DNA of 38,084 nucleotides. Origin: a virus. How positions within the stretch are numbered: position 1 is the first letter of the stretch; each line of letters starts with the position of its first letter. Both the position numbers and the translations under genes were made by a program. Shown here piece after piece: positions 15,046 to 22,213 of the stretch. The stretch lies in IMG/VR virus record IMGVR_UViG_3300048913_000099; one strand, given 5' to 3'. The notes under the pieces were generated by a model. It saw nothing but the letters and a program-made list of their open reading frames with translations. It was not told where the DNA came from and did not search any database.

Positions 15046-15093
15046 AGTCTAGCGAACTAGACCATGCAGTCAAGAGAACTAGACGCTCTAGAC
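15046..15093 (-). promoter_or_regulatory. PL promoter with OL operators
   Basis: On the minus strand, TTGACT (15073-15068) is followed by 16 nt and then TAGACT (15051-15046). The palindromic operator GTCTAG-N4-CTAGAC at 15047-15062 overlaps the -10. A second related site lies at 15078-15093. Confidence 0.65.
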
Positions 15094-15104
15094 CAAATAA
15101 TTTT

Positions 15105-15129
15105 CTGAACGTTATGCGGTTTCGTTCAG
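15105..15129 (-). terminator. Hairpin immediately after the stop of the cI-linked ORF (weak terminator candidate)
   Basis: The 7-bp stem CTGAACG/CGTTCAG has an 11-nt loop. On the minus strand it is followed by AAAATTATTT, which is an imperfect U tract. Confidence 0.3.
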
Positions 15130-15762
15130 TTATCGAAAGATTAGGACAGCCACGCCAAAAACTACCGCGCCAAGTAGATAGTGGGCGACGGTCGAAATTG
15201 AGGCTAGGGTCTTGCTAAGTGTAGCGATGTCATTGCGCGTGGGCGGCAAGAGCGAACTATCTTCGAATGGGTCGCCGATGACCTCGGCAGCAGGCTCATC
15301 AACAATTCCAATCCGAGCAGATGCCACTTTGCGAGAGGCTGTCGATGTATCCCAAACCTTTCCGCTCCCATCCGGCTCCCAGTTGTACTCAACGTCCTGC
15401 ACATCCAGCGTGATGTAGTCGAAGCGCTTCCCCGACATCCAGGCCATATAGAGGGCATCAAGCTCCGTCTGTGCCATTCCTACGTGGCCGAAGAAATACT
15501 CGTCACTGTCGTCATCGGCGTCAATTCTGGCAGAAAAGCCGCACATGCCTGCTACAGATGCCTCTTTGGCGACCTTTGCAATCCTGTCCATGCGCACGAT
15601 CTGAATAGACCAAGCGGCCTTGCTGAGGTCTTTCCCTGATTTGTCCTGAATGCTGGAGCGCCAGTGCAGCTTTCCCTGTAAGACAATGGTGCAGTCGCTC
15701 AGGCCGTCAGCAGATGCCGACTCTGCAGAAACCTTGTCGATTTTGATGTTGAAGAGAGCCAT
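15130..15762 (-). CDS. Unknown tail-anchored membrane protein (210 aa), translationally coupled to cI
   Basis: The ATG at 15762 shares one nt with the cI stop (TGATG), and GGGAGGA lies in the last cI codons. The C-terminal TM is VAHYLLGAVVFGVAVLIF. GC and GC3 look clearly lower than the genome average. I recognise no motif. Confidence 0.75.
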   Translation of the reverse strand: MALFNIKIDKVSAESASADGLSDCTIVLQGKLHWRSSIQDKSGKDLSKAAWSIQIVRMDRIAKVAKEASVAGMCGFSARIDADDDSDEYFFGHVGMAQTELDALYMAWMSGKRFDYITLDVQDVEYNWEPDGSGKVWDTSTASRKVASARIGIVDEPAAEVIGDPFEDSSLLPPTRNDIATLSKTLASISTVAHYLLGAVVFGVAVLIFR

Positions 15763-16442
15763 CAATCCTCCCAGCTTCCTATCCATCGCACACGACCAAT
15801 GATCTGTATCGGAAAGCGCTTATCGTCCATGCGGCGCGCCTTTTTCCAATTATGGTCGCCATTGGGGTTATCCGCCTTGAAGTACACAAGGTCGTCAAGA
15901 ATTTCGCAGCGCTTTACCTGGTACTCATTGTTATGTGCTCCAGGGACAAGGATCACGAACAGCGCTCCGTCCTTGGGTCTAGTGTCGGATGTGTCAAACA
16001 GGATCGCGTCCCCACTGAGAACCCGAGGTTCCATTGAATCGCCGCGGCCGTACATGACCGCTAGGGCAGGGGCGCGAAGTCGCTTCCTTGCCAGTGACGA
16101 AGCCTTGAACTTCAGCTTGTGAGTCTCTGCGTACTCTGCAGCCTCGGGACCCCCGCCCAGACCCATCGCCTGAGCGTAGCCCTTCACATCATCCCATTCG
16201 CCTTCCTGCGAAATGCTCGTTCCTTCCATTGGGCCTCGTCCGTACTGGAGCCAATCGGGACTGACTTGAAGGGCGGCCGATAGTTTGGCCACGGTCGATG
16301 CTCGGATTTTCTCCGCCTTGGTGGTCCCGTCGAGGATGAAATAGATGCCCGCCTTGCTGAGAACCTTTCTGGCAATCAGATCAGGGGCCGTCATCCCGCG
16401 CAGGGCCATCGCCTTCTTAACGCGTTCAGCCATCGTTTCCAT
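15762..16442 (-). CDS. cI: CI-type repressor: N-terminal HTH plus C-terminal S24/LexA-like autopeptidase (226 aa)
   Basis: The HTH region is GMTAPDLIARKVLSKAGIYFILDG. The S24 motif is YGRGDSMEP...VKRCE. The gene is divergent from cro. No SD precedes the ATG at 16442, so the mRNA may be leaderless; ATG at 16433 is an alternative start. Confidence 0.85.
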   Translation of the reverse strand: METMAERVKKAMALRGMTAPDLIARKVLSKAGIYFILDGTTKAEKIRASTVAKLSAALQVSPDWLQYGRGPMEGTSISQEGEWDDVKGYAQAMGLGGGPEAAEYAETHKLKFKASSLARKRLRAPALAVMYGRGDSMEPRVLSGDAILFDTSDTRPKDGALFVILVPGAHNNEYQVKRCEILDDLVYFKADNPNGDHNWKKARRMDDKRFPIQIIGRVRWIGSWED

Positions 16443-16444
16443 AT

Positions 16445-16508
16445 GGCTAGAAAAGTAGACTGAATGGGCGCTAGAGCGCTTGACTTCGAAGTCTAGAGCG
16501 CTAGACTG
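16445..16508. promoter_or_regulatory. OR operator cluster (three related 16-mers) with PR, and presumably PRM
   Basis: The three sites are GTCTAGAGCGCTAGAC (16491-16506), CGCTAGAGCGCTTGAC (16469-16484) and GGCTAGAAAAGTAGAC (16445-16460), with centres 22 and 24 bp apart. PR is TTGACT (16480-16485), 16 nt, then TAGACT (16502-16507). Confidence 0.65.
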
Positions 16509-16515
16509 CACTTCT

Positions 16516-16704
16516 ATGGACATGTCAAAGACCAGCGTCAAAAGGCTGCTCGGCTTCGATTCCGATGCCGAACTTGCACGGTTCTTCGGCGTTAGCCGCG
16601 GGGCCGTCTTCCACTGGCCCGACGACGAGCCGATTCCTGACTCCCGGCAATGGGAGCTCAAAGCACGCCGTCCTGAACTCTTCCGCCGCAAGAAGGCCGC
16701 CTGA
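16516..16704 (+). CDS. cro: Cro-like HTH regulator (about 62 aa)
   Basis: LLGFDSDAELARFFGVSRGAVFHWPDDEPIPDSRQWELKA matches the Cro/YdaS-type HTH pattern. It is the first gene downstream of PR. ATG at 16522 is an alternative start. Confidence 0.75.
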   Translation: MDMSKTSVKRLLGFDSDAELARFFGVSRGAVFHWPDDEPIPDSRQWELKARRPELFRRKKAA

Positions 16705-16783
16705 CATGGCCGCCACGTCCCTGATCTGAATTTCCAACTGGCTGCTTTCCGTTTCGGTGAGCGGCCATTTTCCGGCCCATCCA

Positions 16784-16821
16784 GGGGAATCGTGGGGAAC
16801 ACGTACTCCCCGGCATTCCCC
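16784..16821 (+). other. Extended GC-rich RNA hairpin between cro and the next gene
   Basis: GGGGAA..GGGGA-(8-nt loop)-TCCCC..TTCCCC forms a two-tier stem (6 + 5 bp with an internal loop). No U tract follows. Confidence 0.4.
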
Positions 16822-16840
16822 AGAACCCAAGAGAGTCCCT

Positions 16841-17206
16841 ATGCGACACCTCAGCATCACCTATCAAGGCGGCCTTTCCCAGCGTTCCCGCAGCCTTCGG
16901 GAGCATGTGTTGGTGCAGGTCCACCAGCGCGGCGTGGTCGCGGTGGCGGGTCAGATGGACCTGTCTCCGTCGAAGCTTTCGGAGAAGCTGGCAGGCCAGG
17001 ACAGCGGCGGCAAACCCCGCGGCATGACGATTGATGAGCTGGAGACCTACATCACCACTCAGGGTGACGTGAGCCCCATCCACTACCTGATCGAGAAGTT
17101 CCTGACCTCCCCCGAAGCGGCCCACGGTGAGGCCATTGCGGAGATTACCAAGCTGCTCGGCACGTTGCCCGCGCTGCTGGAGCGGGCAGGGGTCAAATGG
17201 CCGTGA
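16841..17206 (+). CDS. Hypothetical regulator in the cII position (121 aa)
   Basis: MRHLSITYQGGLSQRSRSLREHVLVQVHQRGVVAVAGQMDLSPSKLSEKLAG contains a likely HTH. The cII-like role is inferred from position only. Confidence 0.55.
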   Translation: MRHLSITYQGGLSQRSRSLREHVLVQVHQRGVVAVAGQMDLSPSKLSEKLAGQDSGGKPRGMTIDELETYITTQGDVSPIHYLIEKFLTSPEAAHGEAIAEITKLLGTLPALLERAGVKWP

Positions 17207-17325
17207 GCGCCCCCAAGAAGAGCCATCCGTGGCGCGCGTTTAACCCTGGCAGCCTGAAGCGTGGTGCTGAGAAGGCTCGGGCAGATCGCGTGATCCCGCT
17301 TCACGCACGCCCGATCAAGGGCTGA
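17197..17325 (+). CDS. Possible small basic protein (42 aa, uncertain)
   Basis: Hand-translated as MAVSAPKKSHPWRAFNPGSLKRGAEKARADRVIPLHARPIKG. It overlaps the upstream stop and fills the 17206-17333 gap. Confidence 0.25.
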   Translation: MAVSAPKKSHPWRAFNPGSLKRGAEKARADRVIPLHARPIKG

Positions 17326-17332
17326 GACACCC

Positions 17333-18118
17333 ATGTCCAACCTCGTCGCCAACGCCTGTGCCCCGCTCAAGATGCCGCCGACTGCTAAGGCGGTGCTCAT
17401 GTGCATGGCTGGGTATGCCAACGACCATGGCGAGTGCTTCCCGTCGATCCCCAAGATCAGCGAGTACACCTGCTTCGGGAAGACGGCTGTCATCGCGGCG
17501 ATCAAGTGGCTTGAAGACTCCAAGGCGGTCACTGCTAACCGTGACAACGGGCGCCACACGACCTACACGGTCACCCCCCAATCGTTCCAAAACCCGTCCG
17601 CCTCGCAAACCCGTCCGTCTGGCGAACCGGTCCGCATGCCGATCCATACCCGTCCGGCAGGCGAACCGGACCCGTCCGCCTCCCGAACCGGGCCCGTCCG
17701 CGAGGCGGACTCTAACCATCAAGAACCATCAAGAACCATAAGAGCAACCACCAATAAGCGCGCGACTGCGTCGGCGCTCCCCGATTGGTTGGAACCGGCG
17801 GCCTGGGCCGATTGGTCCGATTACCGCCGCAAGGGCAAGACCCCGATGACCGAGAAGGCCGTCGAGCTGTCGATACGCGAGCTGGACAAGCTGCGCGGCC
17901 AGGGCTTCGACCCGAAGGACGTGATCGAGAACGCAATCCTCCGTGGCTGGCGAGGGCTGTACGCGCCACCGGGAGGGCCGCCGAGAACCGCGTCCGTGAT
18001 CCCGATCCGCCCATCCGCATCCGCCGACTTCCGAGGAAAGACCTATGCAGGCACAGCAATCGATGACCTCCCGCCCGACCTCCGAGACGCAGCCCGAGCA
18101 GCCGCTGCCGACGGTTGA
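17333..18118 (+). CDS. Replication initiator (lambda O-like role): N-terminal winged-HTH plus a linker carrying iterons (261 aa)
   Basis: PPTAKAVLMCMAGYANDHGECFPSIPKISEYTCFGKTAVIAAIKWLEDSKAV matches the HTH_36-type replication-protein N-terminus. Iterons lie inside the gene, and a DnaC-like gene follows. Confidence 0.75.
   Translation: MSNLVANACAPLKMPPTAKAVLMCMAGYANDHGECFPSIPKISEYTCFGKTAVIAAIKWLEDSKAVTANRDNGRHTTYTVTPQSFQNPSASQTRPSGEPVRMPIHTRPAGEPDPSASRTGPVREADSNHQEPSRTIRATTNKRATASALPDWLEPAAWADWSDYRRKGKTPMTEKAVELSIRELDKLRGQGFDPKDVIENAILRGWRGLYAPPGGPPRTASVIPIRPSASADFRGKTYAGTAIDDLPPDLRDAARAAAADG
17593..17743 (+). repeat. Putative origin: six CCCGTCCG-type iterons plus three tandem AACCATCAAG-type repeats
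   Basis: CCCGTCCG occurs at 17593, 17610, 17649, 17671 and 17693, with the variant CCGGTCCG at 17627 (spacings 17,17,22,22,22). These are followed by AACCATCAAG AACCATCAAG AACCATAAG at about 17714-17743. Confidence 0.65.
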
Positions 18119-18860
18119 CGCGGTCTGCGGTGAGCACGGGCCGTACAAGGCCAAGGTGGTGGACATGACGCAGTTCGGCGGCCGGCCGCTGGTGATGAGC
18201 TGCCCGACCTGTTCGGCCGAGACGAGAGCCAAGGAGGAAGCCCGCAAGGCTGAGGCAGCGGCACGCGAGCGGCAGAGCCGGGTTGCGGGGCTGTTCAACC
18301 GTTCCGGTATCCCGGCGCGCTTTTCCGACCGTACCTTCGACGGATACCGCGCCACCCAGCAGGGCCAGAAGATCGCGCTGGCGGTCTGCCGGACCTACGC
18401 CGAGAAGTGGCCGGAGAAGCTGCCAGGGGGCGCCTCGCTGGTCATGACGGGCGCGCCTGGAACCGGCAAAACCCATCTGGCCTGCGCCATCGGATCGGCC
18501 GTCATGGCGTCCTCGCTGTCGTCCTGCCTGTTCATGACCGTCTCGGCCATGCTGCGGTCCATCAAAGAGACCTACCGCAAGGGCAGTGAGCGTTCCGAGC
18601 AGTCCGCCATTGACGCCTTCGCCGCTCCCGACCTTCTGATCCTTGATGAGGTGGGCGTCCAGGTCGGCAGCGACCACGAGAAGCTGCTGATGTTCGAAGT
18701 GCTCAACGAGCGCTACCAGCAGATGCAGCCCACGATCCTGATCTCGAACCTGACCGTAGAGGACCTGGAGCAGTTCTTGGGCCAGCGCGTCATGGATCGC
18801 TACCGCGAGTGCGGCTCCGTCCTCGCCTTCGACTGGCAGAGCCACCGGGGTGCGAAATGA
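18045..18860 (+). CDS. DnaC/IstB-like AAA+ helicase loader (271 aa)
   Basis: Walker A is GAPGTGKTHLA and Walker B is LLILDEVG. GAGGAAAG lies upstream of the ATG. The start overlaps the O-like gene end. Confidence 0.85.
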   Translation: MQAQQSMTSRPTSETQPEQPLPTVDAVCGEHGPYKAKVVDMTQFGGRPLVMSCPTCSAETRAKEEARKAEAAARERQSRVAGLFNRSGIPARFSDRTFDGYRATQQGQKIALAVCRTYAEKWPEKLPGGASLVMTGAPGTGKTHLACAIGSAVMASSLSSCLFMTVSAMLRSIKETYRKGSERSEQSAIDAFAAPDLLILDEVGVQVGSDHEKLLMFEVLNERYQQMQPTILISNLTVEDLEQFLGQRVMDRYRECGSVLAFDWQSHRGAK

Positions 18861-19015
18861 CCAAGGCATCCGCAATCCGGCTATTGCACGCCGAGCGCTG
18901 CAGCGTGGACGAGATCGCCGCAGCAGTGCACATGGCCCGGCGCAACGTTGCGTGGTTCATCCGAACGTGGATCGGGGACGAACGAGACAGCGAGATCAAG
19001 AGGGAGAGGGCATGA
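18857..19015 (+). CDS. Hypothetical small protein (52 aa)
   Basis: It has an ATGA overlap with the stop of the DnaC-like gene. The sequence is MTKASAIRLLHAERCSVDEIAAAVHMARRNVAWFIRTW. Confidence 0.5.
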   Translation: MTKASAIRLLHAERCSVDEIAAAVHMARRNVAWFIRTWIGDERDSEIKRERA

Positions 19016-19326
19016 AACTCGAACAGATCGACACCAGTACGACGGCGGGGAAGGCTGAGGTCATGCGGCTGGCGGCTGAGGGGCGGGCGGTGGCTTACTA
19101 CGACAGGAACTATGACGAGTTCCGTCCAGTGAGGGGTATGCCTTCATGGGACTGGTCAGGGGCGAGCTACGCCATCATCGCCGAGCCAGTTGGGCCGGAC
19201 GAAGTCTTTGCGATTGCGGCGAGCAACGGTGTGCTTGTGGCTTTTTCGGGTGATCAGGCTGGGTTTGGGAAGCTGGCTGAAGCGGAAGGCGCAACCCTAG
19301 TCCGCTACGTGAGGGCCGACCAATGA
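19012..19326 (+). CDS. Hypothetical protein (104 aa)
   Basis: It has an ATGA overlap with the upstream gene, and AGGGAGAGGG lies upstream. Confidence 0.55.
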   Translation: MKLEQIDTSTTAGKAEVMRLAAEGRAVAYYDRNYDEFRPVRGMPSWDWSGASYAIIAEPVGPDEVFAIAASNGVLVAFSGDQAGFGKLAEAEGATLVRYVRADQ

Positions 19327-19799
19327 CCGACAAGCGCCTATTCGCCGCCCGCCTCGGCAACCCCCGCTTGCCGCTGGTGATCGACGGAGCAGTGGCCGAG
19401 ATTCGCCGCCGCGTGCTGGACGGTGAGGACTTCGATGTCGAGGTCCGGGAGCCGAAGCGCACGCTCGACTCGAACGCCTGCATGTGGGCGACCCTCGCCG
19501 ACATTGCCCGGCAGGTCGAGTGGCCGCACACCAAGGGCGGCGAGTGGAAGATCGGCCTGATGGACAGCGACAGCTGGAAGGCAGTTCTGACCGCGGCGTT
19601 CGAGCAGGAGACGAAGCAGGCCCAGGGCATCGGCGGCGGCACGGTAATGCTCGGCGCCCGGACCAGCCAGTACAGCCGCCGGAAGATGGGCGAGCTGCTG
19701 GAGTTCGTGCACGCCTTCGGCGCCGAGAAGGGCGTGAAGTGGTCCGCCCGTGCGCAGGACGAGATGGCCGACTTCGGGCCGGTGCGGAGGGCTGCGTGA
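19323..19799 (+). CDS. ninB: NinB (Orf-family recombination mediator) homologue
   Basis: RTLDSNACMWATLADIARQVEW, DSWKAVLTAAF and ARTSQYSRRKMGELLEFVHAFGAEKGVKWS align closely with my recollection of lambda NinB. Confidence 0.85.
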   Translation: MTDKRLFAARLGNPRLPLVIDGAVAEIRRRVLDGEDFDVEVREPKRTLDSNACMWATLADIARQVEWPHTKGGEWKIGLMDSDSWKAVLTAAFEQETKQAQGIGGGTVMLGARTSQYSRRKMGELLEFVHAFGAEKGVKWSARAQDEMADFGPVRRAA

Positions 19800-20107
19800 T
19801 GCACAACAACTACCGCGACCGCAGCCTGCTGGACCTCGCGTACCAGCTCGACTGCACCCTCCAGATCGATGGAATCTGCGAGGGTGGCCCGGGCGAGCCC
19901 GCGCACAGCAACCAGAGCCGCCACGGGAAAGGCGGGGCGCTCAAGGCCCATGACTGCTTCTTCGCATCAGGGTGCCGCAGTTGCCACCGTGAGCTCGACC
20001 AAGGCCGCCGCTTCACCCGCGAAGAAAAGGCCGACATCTGGCAGCGCGCCCACGAGCGCACGATGCTGCAGCTCTGGCAGCTGGGGCTGATCAGGGTGGC
20101 GGCATGA
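19799..20107 (+). CDS. DUF1364-family nin-region protein (102 aa)
   Basis: C..C...AHSN.SRHGKGGALKAHD...GCRSCHRELD matches the DUF1364 pattern. The start overlaps the ninB stop. Confidence 0.65.
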   Translation: MHNNYRDRSLLDLAYQLDCTLQIDGICEGGPGEPAHSNQSRHGKGGALKAHDCFFASGCRSCHRELDQGRRFTREEKADIWQRAHERTMLQLWQLGLIRVAA

Positions 20108-20448
20108 GCCTGCTCATCCTCCCTTGGCCGCCCTCGGTCAACACCTACTGGCGAACCTTCCGGGGGCGGATGCTGATCTCTGCCCATGGCCGCGACTACC
20201 GGGTGCGGGCCGTCGCCGCGGCGGTTGCTGCCGAGCGGTTCGGCCACGCTCAGGTGGCCGTCCGCATCGAGGCGTGGGTGCCGGACAACCGCCGCCGGGA
20301 CGTGGACAACCTGCTGAAGGCCCCCCTTGACGCGCTGGCCCACGCAGGCGTCTACGAGGACGACAGCCAGATCGTGGAGCTGAGCATCCGCCGCGCTGGG
20401 TTGGACCGGGCCAATCCGCGCCTGGAAATAACGCTGGAGGCCGCATGA
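20104..20448 (+). CDS. rusA: RusA Holliday-junction resolvase
   Basis: LPWPPSVNTYW...RRDVDNLLKAPLDALAHAGVYEDDSQI matches the RusA pattern. Confidence 0.85.
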   Translation: MSLLILPWPPSVNTYWRTFRGRMLISAHGRDYRVRAVAAAVAAERFGHAQVAVRIEAWVPDNRRRDVDNLLKAPLDALAHAGVYEDDSQIVELSIRRAGLDRANPRLEITLEAA

Positions 20449-20690
20449 CCCGCGCCGCACAGATCAGGCAGTGGCTGGCAGAAAACCCGGGCTGGCACTT
20501 CATGGGCGACGTGTGCGCTGGTCTTGGCGCCACCGGCCAGCTCCGCAACGCCATCACCCGCGATGTCGACCAGATGGCCCGGCGGCATCAGCTGCTGGTG
20601 GTCGGCAAGCACGGCACCAAGCGCTACTCATTCGGCAGGGACGCCCGGCGGTATAAGACAAACCAACAGGGGGTTTCTCATGCAGGCTGA
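20445..20690 (+). CDS. Hypothetical protein (81 aa)
   Basis: It is an ORF-track entry that overlaps the rusA stop. Confidence 0.55.
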   Translation: MTRAAQIRQWLAENPGWHFMGDVCAGLGATGQLRNAITRDVDQMARRHQLLVVGKHGTKRYSFGRDARRYKTNQQGVSHAG

Positions 20691-21108
20691 CACCTTTGGC
20701 GCCTACGCACGCGCCGAGCTCGAGCACTGGGGGCGGGAGTTCGCCCTGCACCGAGACTGCGACTACCTCGGCCACCAGTCCAAGAACCTGCTGGCGGTCC
20801 TGATCGAGCACCAAGGCGAGATGCCCGGGCGGGTCCAGGGCTTCAAGCCGCTCGAGACGGACCTTCGGGCGCAGCGGGTCGAGGACATCGTGAGCAGCAT
20901 CGGCCGGGATCAGGTCGGGCTGGCCTGCATCCTCCGGGCCTACTACTGCGGGATGGGCCGCCGGAAGGTGGAGCGTTGGGAGACGGCCAACCTGCTGCTG
21001 GTGCATGTGGGTGAGAAGCCCGTCAGCCAGCGGCACTACCTGACTCTGCATGACATCGCGTTCGCCGAGGTCAAAGGCTCGATGCGCGGGCTTGCCATGG
21101 CGGCATGA
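20680..21108 (+). CDS. Putative late-gene antiterminator (Q-like, 142 aa)
   Basis: It is the last early-right gene, directly upstream of a promoter-plus-terminator unit and the lysis and late genes. ELEHWGREFAL...LRAYYCGMGRR is reminiscent of Q-family proteins. The function is largely positional. Confidence 0.5.
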   Translation: MQADTFGAYARAELEHWGREFALHRDCDYLGHQSKNLLAVLIEHQGEMPGRVQGFKPLETDLRAQRVEDIVSSIGRDQVGLACILRAYYCGMGRRKVERWETANLLLVHVGEKPVSQRHYLTLHDIAFAEVKGSMRGLAMAA

Positions 21109-21134
21109 ATTGAAGTGTTTTTATCGAGGATGGA

Positions 21135-21164
21135 TTGCTGAGGTGCGCACCTCTAGCGTACATT
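21135..21164 (+). promoter_or_regulatory. Putative late promoter (PR'-like)
   Basis: TTGCTG (21135-21140) is followed by 18 nt and then TACATT (21159-21164). Confidence 0.45.
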
Positions 21165-21183
21165 TTCAGGCACTGTGACATAG

Positions 21184-21214
21184 AAGCCTCCGGACATCCG
21201 GGGGCTTTTCTTTT
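21184..21214 (+). terminator. tR'-like intrinsic terminator between the late promoter and the first late gene
   Basis: The hairpin AAGCC(T)CCGG-ACAT-CCGGGGCTT is followed by TTTCTTTT. Confidence 0.65.
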
Positions 21215-21224
21215 GGAGCGCCTC

Positions 21225-21449
21225 ATGGCCGCAATCGCCGCTGCATCTGTTGTGGCTGCCGGTGCCGCATATGCTGCGAACGGTCAGCAACGCGGGATTT
21301 CCGAGAAGCAAACAGCCCGGGCTGAAACCAGACTGCAGACCGGCGCGATGAACATACGTTCCAGCGCCAAATGCCCCGGCTGCGGTTCTCACGAGTACCG
21401 ATCCACCTTGGTTGGTCGCGTCTGCTCCTACTGCCGCATCCCGAAGTAA
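21225..21449 (+). CDS. First late gene: 74-aa protein with an Ala-rich hydrophobic N-terminus and a C-terminal zinc ribbon
   Basis: GGAG lies 7 nt upstream. The sequence is MAAIAAASVVAAGAAYAANGQQRG...CPGCGSHEYRSTLVGRVCSYC. Confidence 0.6.
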   Translation: MAAIAAASVVAAGAAYAANGQQRGISEKQTARAETRLQTGAMNIRSSAKCPGCGSHEYRSTLVGRVCSYCRIPK

Positions 21450-21530
21450 CCCTTTTCTTTGCCCGCTTCCCCGACCAGATCAACTCTCGCGCCTAGCTGG
21501 CAGCGGGGCGGGCGCCTATTGGAGAATCCC

Positions 21531-21968
21531 GTGTCAGCCCTTGCCTACGCCGTCTCACTCATCAAGAAGTGGGAAGGCTGCAAGTTGGCGGCCTATCCCG
21601 ACCCTAGCACCGGGGGCGACCCCTGGACAATCGGCTATGGCGCGACCGGGCCGGGGATCAACAAGGGCGTCACATGGACGCAGGCGCAGGCGGATGACCG
21701 TTTGGCGCTGGATGTGGACCGATTCCTGAAGGGCGTTCGCTCGGTGCTCAAGAGGCCCGCGACGGACCCGCAGCTCGGCGCCATGACCAGCTTGGCCTAC
21801 AACATCGGCGTCAAGGCCTTCACGAATTCCACACTGCTGCGGAAATTCAACGCTGGCGATAAGGCTGGCGCCGCGGCTGAGTTCGCTCGATGGAACCGGG
21901 CTGGCGGCAAGGTCATGCGTGGCCTGAGCAACCGCCGGGCCGACGAACGGCAGGTATTCCAATCATGA
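21531..21968 (+). CDS. Endolysin, GH24 (T4/lambda-type lysozyme), 145 aa from GTG
   Basis: IKKWEGCKLAAYPDPSTGGDPWTIGYG carries the E-D-T catalytic pattern. GGAGA lies upstream of the GTG at 21531. Confidence 0.85.
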   Translation: MSALAYAVSLIKKWEGCKLAAYPDPSTGGDPWTIGYGATGPGINKGVTWTQAQADDRLALDVDRFLKGVRSVLKRPATDPQLGAMTSLAYNIGVKAFTNSTLLRKFNAGDKAGAAAEFARWNRAGGKVMRGLSNRRADERQVFQS

Positions 21969-22213
21969 ACTGGCAGGTAGCCATCAACGTGGCCGTAGGC
22001 GTCCTGATGCCGCTGGTGATCTTCGCCCTGGGCTACATCGTGAGCCTGTCCAAGCGGATCACGGACCTTCGGGTCTTGGTCTCGGACGAGTTCGTCAAGA
22101 AACCCGAGATCACGCGGATCGAGCAGACCATGGCGACGATCAGCGCTACCTGCACAGAGCTGCTGAAGGCAGTGGCCGAGATCAAGGGCGAGATCCGAGG
22201 GTCTGGGCGGTGA
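21965..22213 (+). CDS. Lysis-cassette membrane protein (82 aa, N-terminal TM plus coiled coil)
   Basis: It has an ATGA overlap with the endolysin stop. The TM segment is VAINVAVGVLMPLVIFALGYIV. Confidence 0.6.
   Translation: MNWQVAINVAVGVLMPLVIFALGYIVSLSKRITDLRVLVSDEFVKKPEITRIEQTMATISATCTELLKAVAEIKGEIRGSGR

Noticed and set aside
16443-16802. A 120-aa N-terminal extension of the cI ORF (track start at 16802).
   Set aside because: It would run through the operator/promoter region and the whole cro gene on the opposite strand. The HTH domain starts right after the ATG at 16442/16433.
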